A stretch of DNA of 51,234 nucleotides from Candidatus Pacearchaeota archaeon (GCA_023132255.1 JAGLYK010000015.1:1-51234); one strand, 5' to 3'; shown: positions 27,586 to 35,464, numbered from the stretch's first letter. Translations and numbers: made by a program. The notes: generated by a model not told the origin, from the sequence alone.

Positions 27586-29001
27586 ATGGGGGAAATTGAT
27601 GAAATAATAAATAAGGTGAGTCCTTATTACAAGGCAAAAGCTGAACCTGAGGCAGAGCACAAAATCGTTTACGATTCTTCAACAGAAACCTTGGAGCCTG
27701 TTTATTTTTGGATTTTGGATTTCATGAACAACATGATGGGACTTTCAACAGAAAAATTAGTTGACAATTTTACATCATCTCCTGGCTCAGGGCATTTTGG
27801 AGAATTAGGTCAAAGAGCAACAGTGATGCAGCAGCAAGGACAAAACATGCTCGCGCAAATAAACACCATCCTGAGAAGTGTGTTAAATATAATTTATGAT
27901 TTAAAAGAATTTAAAATAAGACTTCAAAGTTATGACGATTTAAAATCAGAAGGAAAAAAAGAAGCTGCACGACAAAGTTTAAAGCAAATCTGGTTAGACA
28001 AGGTTGACATGCAGAAAGGAAACTCAAGTATAAAAGCAATGGCTTTGGGACAGGCAGGATTCCAAACCCTGCTCGACGCATTTTTAGTAGTCAATGACAT
28101 AAAAGGAGCTGAGAAACTTGATTTAAACGACAGGGTGAAAAGAATTGTTTCTGCAAGAATACACGAATTTAATATTTGGCTTACACAATCTGAAATAGAA
28201 CTAAGAAAAAGATATGAAATGGAACGAATTTATTTAGGCAGTCAGGTTAATTCATTAAAGCTTTACTCTCGGTGGGCAAAACCTTATCTAAAAGCAGCAC
28301 AGCAACTTGAAATGAAAGAGAGCAAAAGAGAACCTGCATTAGTAAAAACATTCAATACAATTTTACTTGAATTAACTTTATTAGGAAAAGACGGGGTAGA
28401 TGTGAAAAAATCCGCAATTGCAGGGGACTTGCCAACTGACTTTCAAAAACTAAAAACAAAAAGAGATTATTACAGCTGTGTTCTGGTTGATTTCAATTTC
28501 AGAGGAATACCCCAAAGAGTGGCACAAAGAGGAGACTACGCCTTCGGAGGAAGAGCAGAAGTAACTTTCAAGGCTTATGCATTAAACAGCGAAGAGTTGG
28601 ATAAACTAAATTATGAATTAGACAAGTCAGACATAGGAGATGTTCTAAAATTAATAGAGGGTTCAACATCAGAAAGTCTGGACCAGTTGCAGAAAGAAAT
28701 TGATTTTTTCCTGAAAGAAAAAGAAAACCAGGAAGAAAAGGAAAAACCAAAAGACCAGTCAAATCCTTTTCTGGCTTTAATCGGGCATTATGATAAAAAA
28801 GATAAATCAGAAAAACAAGATAAGTCTGTACCCAAGGGTGTACCCTCTAAAGAGGACAAAGACAAAGACAAGCCAGTCAAGCCAGACAATTGGATTGAAA
28901 AAACTCACCTCAGAGCTTTCGCAGCAGCAGAAGCAGTTGACAAAGTTTTCACAATTTTTGATGTTTACAAAAAGTCACATGGAATGGAAAGCTTCACATA
29001 A
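27586..29001 (+). CDS. hypothetical protein (471 aa, no recognised family)
   Basis: Long non-repetitive ORF. The K/D-rich linker near the C-terminus carries the VPKGVPSKE module. Confidence 0.6.
   Translation: MGEIDEIINKVSPYYKAKAEPEAEHKIVYDSSTETLEPVYFWILDFMNNMMGLSTEKLVDNFTSSPGSGHFGELGQRATVMQQQGQNMLAQINTILRSVLNIIYDLKEFKIRLQSYDDLKSEGKKEAARQSLKQIWLDKVDMQKGNSSIKAMALGQAGFQTLLDAFLVVNDIKGAEKLDLNDRVKRIVSARIHEFNIWLTQSEIELRKRYEMERIYLGSQVNSLKLYSRWAKPYLKAAQQLEMKESKREPALVKTFNTILLELTLLGKDGVDVKKSAIAGDLPTDFQKLKTKRDYYSCVLVDFNFRGIPQRVAQRGDYAFGGRAEVTFKAYALNSEELDKLNYELDKSDIGDVLKLIEGSTSESLDQLQKEIDFFLKEKENQEEKEKPKDQSNPFLALIGHYDKKDKSEKQDKSVPKGVPSKEDKDKDKPVKPDNWIEKTHLRAFAAAEAVDKVFTIFDVYKKSHGMESFT
28826..28852 (+). 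repeat. GGTGTACC-core module in frame (VPKGVPSKE)
   Basis: CTGTACCCAAGGGTGTACCCTCTAAAG. The 14-mer CCCAAGGGTGTACC is identical to the TtuA-like copy. Core at 28837-28844. Confidence 0.6.
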
Positions 29002-29016
29002 ATTTTATTTAACAAA

Positions 29017-29709
29017 ATGGTAAAAACAAGAGGATTAAAAGAAGCAATAAAAAAATTAGGAAATTTGGAGAAAATAATTTCTAATATGTTAAAGAAAAAA
29101 AAGAAAATCAGAATTTTTGAATCTGGTTGTGGTTATGGACAAATTATGATTGAGTTAAAAGAAAAATTTGGTGATAAAATAGATATTGTTGGAATGAATT
29201 ACAAACCAACTAAAAACGATACAGAAGCGATAATTAATTTTACTAAAACTGAAGGAAAGAAAATAATTCGTGATTTAAAGAAATTAAAAATAAAAGTTAT
29301 TTTGGGAAATGCAGGGAAAAAGTTGCCTTTTAAAACAGGTTCAATTGATTTAGTTTATAGTCAAACTTCTTCTTATCTTTATGAGGATAAAATGCACTTT
29401 TTTGAAGAAGTTGCAAGAATATTATCAAAAGAAGGTATTGCAAGAATTACCCCTGCACACTTCAAAAAAAATCTTCCAAAAGAATTTCAAAAAATACTTA
29501 TGATTTATGATAATGGAACTGAAATTCTGTTTGGGAAATTAATAAAAAGATTTAGAAATATAAAATTGATTACCTTACCAAGCAAAAAACAAGTGATAGA
29601 AATTAAAAGTGGAAAATTAAATTTTGGTCTTAAATTAGAATCAACCATTAACACTAATCATCTCGCAAAAAAATGGTTTGGAATAGTTTCAGTTTATTCT
29701 TTTAAATGA
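29017..29709 (+). CDS. class I SAM-dependent methyltransferase
   Basis: Motif I IFESGCGYGQIMIEL, followed by an acidic residue after beta-2. Confidence 0.7.
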   Translation: MVKTRGLKEAIKKLGNLEKIISNMLKKKKKIRIFESGCGYGQIMIELKEKFGDKIDIVGMNYKPTKNDTEAIINFTKTEGKKIIRDLKKLKIKVILGNAGKKLPFKTGSIDLVYSQTSSYLYEDKMHFFEEVARILSKEGIARITPAHFKKNLPKEFQKILMIYDNGTEILFGKLIKRFRNIKLITLPSKKQVIEIKSGKLNFGLKLESTINTNHLAKKWFGIVSVYSFK

Positions 29710-29767
29710 TAAAGAGTTATACTTGAAATTTAGAAAACCTTATATATTTCTCTAACTTCTCTAAACT

Positions 29768-30358
29768 ATGCCAAAAGAAGTAAATGAATCAAAACAGGAA
29801 GACAAAGAAAAAGAGAAACAAGATGATTCTGAATTAGAAGAACTAATTGAAAAACCAGAACAAAATGAAACAGCACCTGAAGGTGTACCTTCTGATGAGG
29901 CAGACGAGGGCAAAGAATCTAATATTGACCAAAATCAGTTCAGGGAATTTTTGCAGACAGAATCAACTGCACCTGTTTTAGAAGAAATCACAGGAGAGCA
30001 GGAATTAGGCGGTCGGGTTTTTTTCACACCTGGGATGGACACAGATGTACAGGACGAGGACAATGCTTTCAGATACGACATACAAGCAAAAGAAGATGAG
30101 CCAAAATATCACGGAGATTATTCTACAGCAAGGCAAAATTTGGAAGAAATTGACACAGCAAAAATCGGGAGAGACATTGGGCAACCTCAAGTTAGGGAAG
30201 CTGGATTTGTGCATGCTGTTGAACAAACTGATTCTCCAATGCAGGAAAAATATCAAGAAGCACAAAAAATTGACATGGAAAAAGTCGGGAGAGAAAATCT
30301 TTTTGAAACAAGAGTTAAGGAAGTAGAACGAAAAAAATTAGACTATGTTATAAAATAA
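29768..30358 (+). CDS. hypothetical acidic protein
   Basis: 196 aa, D/E-rich. The N-terminal region carries the APEGVPSDE module. Confidence 0.5.
   Translation: MPKEVNESKQEDKEKEKQDDSELEELIEKPEQNETAPEGVPSDEADEGKESNIDQNQFREFLQTESTAPVLEEITGEQELGGRVFFTPGMDTDVQDEDNAFRYDIQAKEDEPKYHGDYSTARQNLEEIDTAKIGRDIGQPQVREAGFVHAVEQTDSPMQEKYQEAQKIDMEKVGRENLFETRVKEVERKKLDYVIK
29873..29900 (+). repeat. GGTGTACC-core module in frame (APEGVPSDE)
   Basis: GCACCTGAAGGTGTACCTTCTGATGAGG. Core at 29882-29889. Resembles CAAGGTGTCTTTTGAGG at the tRNA-Val cassette end. Confidence 0.6.
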
Positions 30359-30406
30359 AAACATTAATAAATACCCTTTCTTTTTATATATTGGAGGACC
30401 TATGTG

Positions 30407-30515
30407 ATTTCCCTTGGATTGCGAGCGATTTCCGAGGCTCAACAAAGTTGAGTCATCCCAGTGGGATGGTAGGGACAAAATGAAAATAATAAATAACCTG
30501 TGTGAAGTCGGGAGG
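30407..30515 (+). repeat. two-hairpin repeat element, copy 1 (candidate 5'-leader RNA)
   Basis: 55 nt (30421-30475) are identical to 39864-39918. Hairpins are CTCAAC-aaa-GTTGAG and CATCCC-agt-GGGATG. A conserved 3' box AATAACCTGTGTGAAGTCGGGAG ends 9 nt before the ATG at 30525. Confidence 0.8.
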
Positions 30516-30524
30516 AACTTTTGA

Positions 30525-32330
30525 ATGGCAAAAGCAGGTGACTACACAATCAGCAATATTTATCAGGGAAGTTATTCCAGTTTCACACCCTACAATACTG
30601 AAGCAACAGCAGGAAGCATGGGACTCACAACAGACCCCCGAAATGCAAATATACTGCAGGAAGTTTCTTCAAAATTATCAACAGGTGTAAAACACATTGA
30701 AATTGAAGCCGTTTCCCTAGATATGATTGACCAAATTCCAAAACAACAAATGGAAGAAGTCAGAAGATTAAAGGAACTAACAGGCATAGAAGTTTCAATG
30801 CATGGACCAGTTATTGATACAACAGGAATCACACAACAAGGATTCAGTGAACTGAGTAGAGAAGGCTCTGAAAGAAAAATAATCCAAACTATTAACCGAA
30901 GCCATGAGCTTGACCCAAAAGGGAATATAATTGTCAACTTTCATTCTGCAGAAGGAATCCCTGGAACAGAATGGAAAAAAATTCCAGATGCAGAAAAAAA
31001 AGGTAAAGCGAAAAAATTAATTGTAGTGAATAAAGAATCTGGAAAATTAGCCCCATTAGAATCTGAAAAAAAACATTATCCAATAATGCATGATGATAAA
31101 GGAAAATTAATCCCTCTTGAAAAAGGAGAGGTTCTTTCTCCTGAAGTAGAATTGAAATTACTTAACAATTCAGAATGGATAAATAATTTAACTAACATAG
31201 AATCTTTTAAAAAACAAGCAGATGAAATAATGTCTGAGGCAGTAACTCCTTTAGCACCTTTATTAACAGAATATAAAAAAGGAGACAAAATAGAATTTCA
31301 TACTCCAAAACAAGAAGCAGCATTTCAACAATTGCAAAGAGCGGAAATATTTTTAAGAAACGTTGAATCTAGTTTTAACGCAGTATATGATAAAGCTTAC
31401 AAATATTCAAATAAGAAAGAAAAAGAAAAATTAAAAGAAATCTCTAAAGAGTGGATTAAAGAAATGAAAGGAATTGAAGAACAAGGAAATACCTTAAATT
31501 ATCCTATGCTCAAATCACAATTATTAGATAAAGCTCTTGGGCAGATAAGACAGGTTGCACCACCTGAATTATATATTCCTATAGAAAAATTCGCAACAGA
31601 ACAAGCATCAAAAACTTTTGGCAATGCTACTTTTGAATCCTGGAAAAAATTCAAAGATAGTTCTCCAATTGTCAGTATTGAAAATCCTCCTGCAGGTTTT
31701 GCACTAAGCACAGGGGAAGATTTAAAAAATTTAGTTAAAGCTTCTAGAAGACAATTTGTAAAAAACGCAGTAGATTCTGGAAATCTTTCTAAATCCGAGG
31801 CTGAAAAACAAGCAGAAAAATTAATCGGAGCTACCTGGGATGTCGGGCATATTAACATGATAAGAAAGCAGGGGTTTGAAGATAAAGATATTATAAAAGA
31901 AACAGAAAAAATTGCACCTTATCTCAAGCATGTTCATCTTTCAGATAACTTTGGTTTTGAGCACACAGAACTTCCAATGGGAATGGGAAATGTGCCTACT
32001 AAAGAAATTATGGAAAAACTTGGCAAGAAAGGATTTGAAGCAAAAAAAATAATTGAAGCAGCACACTGGTGGCAGCATTTTAAGAGCCCTCCTGTCCAGG
32101 AAACTTTCGAAGCCATGGGTGCTCCAATTTACAGCGACGGCGTAGGTCCTTACTGGAACCAGTCATTAGGATTTCAGCAGGATTATTATTCAGGATACGG
32201 CATGATGCTTCCTTCAGTCAATTACAACATGCAGGGCTCTGGATTTTCAATGGCATCATTACCCACAGAACTCGGGGGGCAAATGCCAGGAGCACAAGGC
32301 GGAAGAATGTCTGGAAGAGGCATGGAATAA
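30525..32330 (+). CDS. xylose isomerase/endonuclease IV-like TIM-barrel protein with a large internal insertion and G/M/Q-rich tail
   Basis: Metal-site-like motifs in order: VSMHGP, VNFHSAEG, VSIENPP, WDVGHIN, HVHLSDNFGFEHTELPMGMGNV. About 230 aa of K/E-rich sequence lie between the second and third motifs. Confidence 0.55.
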   Translation: MAKAGDYTISNIYQGSYSSFTPYNTEATAGSMGLTTDPRNANILQEVSSKLSTGVKHIEIEAVSLDMIDQIPKQQMEEVRRLKELTGIEVSMHGPVIDTTGITQQGFSELSREGSERKIIQTINRSHELDPKGNIIVNFHSAEGIPGTEWKKIPDAEKKGKAKKLIVVNKESGKLAPLESEKKHYPIMHDDKGKLIPLEKGEVLSPEVELKLLNNSEWINNLTNIESFKKQADEIMSEAVTPLAPLLTEYKKGDKIEFHTPKQEAAFQQLQRAEIFLRNVESSFNAVYDKAYKYSNKKEKEKLKEISKEWIKEMKGIEEQGNTLNYPMLKSQLLDKALGQIRQVAPPELYIPIEKFATEQASKTFGNATFESWKKFKDSSPIVSIENPPAGFALSTGEDLKNLVKASRRQFVKNAVDSGNLSKSEAEKQAEKLIGATWDVGHINMIRKQGFEDKDIIKETEKIAPYLKHVHLSDNFGFEHTELPMGMGNVPTKEIMEKLGKKGFEAKKIIEAAHWWQHFKSPPVQETFEAMGAPIYSDGVGPYWNQSLGFQQDYYSGYGMMLPSVNYNMQGSGFSMASLPTELGGQMPGAQGGRMSGRGME

Positions 32331-32368
32331 TTTATAAATAAAATTTTACTACTATAACTAAAAGAAAG

Positions 32369-33358
32369 ATGGTGACAAAAAAGAAAACTTCCAAGAAAGT
32401 AAAAAAAATTTCTAAGAAGAAACTTCCAGTTTTAGTCAGCAAGAAGAATAAGTCAAAATCTATAAAACAAAAAAAAGTTGTGAAAAAAAAATCCACCCGA
32501 TTTCCCTCGGAGGCTCTTAAAGAAGTTGCCCACCGGAACAAAAAGAAAAAATCCAAAAAAATTAATCCAAAAGATATCGCTACTTTGAATTTAAGATCAG
32601 AACATGATATTGCAATGGATTTTGCAACAAAAGCATATAAAAAATTTAACAGAGTAATAAAATCAATCATCCTCTTTGGTTCATCAATAAAACAGACTTC
32701 AACTGCAGATTCTGACATTGACATAATAATTTTAATTGACGATGTTTCAATACACTGGGACCAAAAATTAATTGCATGGTACAGGCAAGAACTTGACAAA
32801 TTATTAAAGGCAAATCCTTATGAAAAAAGCCTGCATATTAATACAGTCAAGTTAAGCACTTGGTGGGAAGATTTAATGAGAGGCGACCCAATTATCCTAA
32901 ATATTTTAAGACAAGGGAAATCATTAATTGATCTTGCAGGATTTTTTGAACCATTAAAATATTTGTTAATCAAAGGAAAAATAAAATCCACTCCTGAAGC
33001 AATTTACAGTTGTCTTCAAAGAGCACCAGTACACATACAAAGAAGCAAGTCTGCTGAATTGAATTCTATTGAAGGTTTATACTGGGCAATGGTTGACTCT
33101 GCACATGCAGCACTCATTGCTGCAAACATTTCCCCACCTTCGCCAGAACATATTGCCCCAGAACTAAAAGAAACTTTTGTCCCTGGAAAACTAAAAATGA
33201 AATATGTTGTTTGGTACAGGGATTTACTAATTCTCCATAAGGACATCACTCATGGAAGAATCCACGACCTTAAAGGCGCAGATATAGATGAATGGCAGGA
33301 TAGAACAGAAGAATTCTTGGGAGTCATGGCGAGGTTGGTTAATAAACTTGTTAGTTAA
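32369..33358 (+). CDS. nucleotidyltransferase (Pol-beta superfamily) domain protein with a helical C-domain
   Basis: ILFGSSIKQTSTADSDIDIIILIDD (GS...DxD). Paralog of 35966..37516. The K-rich first ~85 aa may not be real, and an alternative start is MDFATKAYKK. Confidence 0.6.
   Translation: MVTKKKTSKKVKKISKKKLPVLVSKKNKSKSIKQKKVVKKKSTRFPSEALKEVAHRNKKKKSKKINPKDIATLNLRSEHDIAMDFATKAYKKFNRVIKSIILFGSSIKQTSTADSDIDIIILIDDVSIHWDQKLIAWYRQELDKLLKANPYEKSLHINTVKLSTWWEDLMRGDPIILNILRQGKSLIDLAGFFEPLKYLLIKGKIKSTPEAIYSCLQRAPVHIQRSKSAELNSIEGLYWAMVDSAHAALIAANISPPSPEHIAPELKETFVPGKLKMKYVVWYRDLLILHKDITHGRIHDLKGADIDEWQDRTEEFLGVMARLVNKLVS
32497..32545 (+). repeat. hairpin module (M0) of the mosaic repeat inside the NTase ORF
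   Basis: CCGATTTCCCTCGGAGGCTCTTAAAGAAGTTGCCCACCGGAACAAAAAG compares with the minus strand of 34838-34886, GCGATTTCCATCGGAGGCTCTTAAAGAAATCGCCCACCTGAACAAAAAG. It encodes RFPSEALKEVAHRNKK in the same frame as RFPSDCNREIASRNRK in ScpA. Confidence 0.75.
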
Positions 33359-34209
33359 AAAGGCATTCCTTTTTCTCTTCTTTCATTTCTTCTTTGATCT
33401 CTGGCTTCATTTTTCTGAGGTTTGTCCTCATCTTTTTTTCCTTTTTTATACATGCCTTCAAGCAATGCCATATGATAAGGTTTTACATTTCTTTCCCAAA
33501 CATCATTTTTTTCTTTTTCAGAGTAATCTTCTTTTTTAACTTCTTTTTCAGCCTCATCTAAACTATCTTTGAAAACTTTTTCTAAAAACGTATGCTTAAT
33601 TTCTTTATTCTCATCATACATTTTTGCTTTTAATTCTGCGTCAGCATTAATTAAATACGATTCAAAAAGTGTGCTCAAATCATTTTCACCATATCTTGCA
33701 AAAGAAATCTGAGCCCACATAGGAGCTTTACTAATCTTTTCCTGAACATAAGCATGCATTTTATTAGGATCTTCCCTTGCTCCAGCAAGATTTCCCAATT
33801 CATTAATAACATCAACAAATTCATCATGTTCTCCGTCCCCTGTTTTATACAATGGCACTTTTTGTATTAATTCAGAATAATCTTCAGGTCCAAGTTTTCC
33901 ATAAAAAGTTGGAGAATTATTTTCAGCATATCTTGCAAGATTATTAGATTCTTCAGATAAAGTATCTTCTAAATCAGAACGCGGGGATCTTTTTGCATTA
34001 AAATAATAACGAGGATTTTTACGAAGTAATCCCCCTGCATCTTCCCATACTCCTGTATTCTCTGAATCTTGAGTAAGAACTTGAAGCCATTTATTCATAT
34101 CCTGAAAATTTTCATAGTGTTGAATAAGGTTTTCACCATCATAATCTTGCTTTTGGTCTATTGCTTTGTAAAAATTTTCATTTGTCATTTTCTTAATCTT
34201 TCCAGACAT
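33355..34209 (-). CDS. hypothetical protein
   Basis: 284-aa ORF with an acidic, K/E-rich C-terminus and no recognised family. Confidence 0.5.
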   Translation of the reverse strand: MSGKIKKMTNENFYKAIDQKQDYDGENLIQHYENFQDMNKWLQVLTQDSENTGVWEDAGGLLRKNPRYYFNAKRSPRSDLEDTLSEESNNLARYAENNSPTFYGKLGPEDYSELIQKVPLYKTGDGEHDEFVDVINELGNLAGAREDPNKMHAYVQEKISKAPMWAQISFARYGENDLSTLFESYLINADAELKAKMYDENKEIKHTFLEKVFKDSLDEAEKEVKKEDYSEKEKNDVWERNVKPYHMALLEGMYKKGKKDEDKPQKNEARDQRRNERREKGMPF

Positions 34210-34256
34210 TTAATCTTTATAAACCTTTCTATTTGTAACTACTTTAGAATTAAACT

Positions 34257-34799
34257 TTATTTCTTAAACTTTTCATACAAAGCTTTAGTCTTGCCCGGGA
34301 GCTTGGACTTGATTTGCTTGAATATTTTTCTTGTAAATGCAATTGCTTTTTCATTTGCCACAGCAACGAAGAAAATCTTTGAACCTGGTTTTAAAATCGC
34401 TGCCTTTCCTGTCGCCTTGCCATAAGCCAACTGCATGCCTGTCTGCATTCTGTCTGCCCCTGCTCCTGTAAGCATTTTGTTCTCTCGCTGAATATGATGC
34501 GGAAACGGAATTACCTTAAACAAATACTGCCCTGAAAGTTCCTTGTCCAGTTTCTTATTAATAAACTGCCTGCACGCCTCAAACGCATTGTGCCGAATCT
34601 GAACCTTCTCTGTTGAAATCAAAGTCAGGGTATGTGGAAGTTTGCCATTGTTGTAAAGCCCTTCCTTGCCCATTGCAAACTTCACAATCTTCTGCGGCGG
34701 CACAGTCTTAATATACGACTTCTGCCTTCTCTTGCTAACCCGGGTAAACGGAAGAACTTTCTTCTTAGAATATGCTGTTGCTTTTCTTAAAGTTGCCAT
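34257..34799 (-). CDS. rpl10e: 50S ribosomal protein L10e (uL16)
   Basis: MATLRKATAYSKKKVLPFTRVSKRRQKSYI... is a typical L10e N-terminus and length. The ATG at 34799 is preferred over the track's TTG at 34802. Confidence 0.9.
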   Translation of the reverse strand: MATLRKATAYSKKKVLPFTRVSKRRQKSYIKTVPPQKIVKFAMGKEGLYNNGKLPHTLTLISTEKVQIRHNAFEACRQFINKKLDKELSGQYLFKVIPFPHHIQRENKMLTGAGADRMQTGMQLAYGKATGKAAILKPGSKIFFVAVANEKAIAFTRKIFKQIKSKLPGKTKALYEKFKK

Positions 34800-34883
34800 C
34801 AAAAGACACCTCGCGGTTTCTTTTGTAAACTTCCCTTTTTGTTCAGGTGGGCGATTTCTTTAAGAGCCTCCGATGGAAATCGC
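34800..34883 (-). repeat. 84-nt cassette (hairpin M0 + TATA-like box + AGGTG) abutting the L10e start codon
   Basis: About 72/84 identical (hand alignment) to 39466-39549. Minus strand reads GCGATTTC-N17-GAAATCGC...GGGAAGTTTACAAAAGAAACCGCGAGGTGTCTTTTG-ATG. Confidence 0.85.
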
Positions 34884-34922
34884 GAACAAACCGTGTTTAA
34901 TTTAATTAATTGAATTTTCATG

Positions 34923-35207
34923 TTAAACTGCCCCCTCCGGAATTTCTGAAAAATGAATAAGCCCAAAATTTGATTTATATTTATTTTTATTAAGCAAATT
35001 ATAAACTTCTAAAATCTCAATTGGGGAAAGCTGAGGTAAATAACTCCTTAATGTCTTTCCTTCTTTAAAAAACGCAAATCTCCAATCATAATTTTTATTT
35101 TCTAATTTTTCAATTTCTCTTATTGAACGGATATCTTTTTGAATAAAATCTCCTTCTTTAAATACATCTTTAACTTCTTCTGCAAGTTCTATTCCTCTTA
35201 ATTTCAT
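34923..35207 (-). CDS. hypothetical protein
   Basis: 94-aa ORF, 4-nt overlap with rpl35ae. Confidence 0.4.
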   Translation of the reverse strand: MKLRGIELAEEVKDVFKEGDFIQKDIRSIREIEKLENKNYDWRFAFFKEGKTLRSYLPQLSPIEILEVYNLLNKNKYKSNFGLIHFSEIPEGAV

Positions 35208-35464
35208 TTTATCTCCACTTCTGTTGTAACTGCCTGACCTGGTAAACCCTTTTCAAAAATCGCCCTTACAACACCTTTATTTCCATGAGCACCTGAAACT
35301 TTGCCTTTGATTATTTTTCCTGCAGGAGACTTCCACACAACTTCTTTGCCAACAAACTTCTCAGCATCTGCTCGGCTTTTAATTTCTTCCACTTCTATTA
35401 AAAAATGTTTTTCCTTAATTGTGTGTCTTCCCCGTCTAAATTGTACAACTTTTCCTTTAACCAT
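35204..35464 (-). CDS. rpl35ae: 50S ribosomal protein L35Ae
   Basis: GKVVQFRRGRHTIKEKHFLIEV...GKVSGAHGNKGVVRAIFEKGLPGQA is the canonical L35Ae pattern. 86 aa. Confidence 0.9.
   Translation of the reverse strand: MVKGKVVQFRRGRHTIKEKHFLIEVEEIKSRADAEKFVGKEVVWKSPAGKIIKGKVSGAHGNKGVVRAIFEKGLPGQAVTTEVEIK

Noticed and set aside
30502-30690. 62-aa ORF overlapping the start of 30525..32330
   Set aside because: It is a short alternative frame beginning inside the two-hairpin repeat. The 601-aa frame carries the TIM-barrel motifs.
32332-32799. 155-aa Phe-rich ORF on the minus strand
   Set aside because: It is the antisense shadow of the A-rich, lysine-coding 5' part of 32369..33358. Its composition (poly-F/L) is typical of a reverse-frame artefact.
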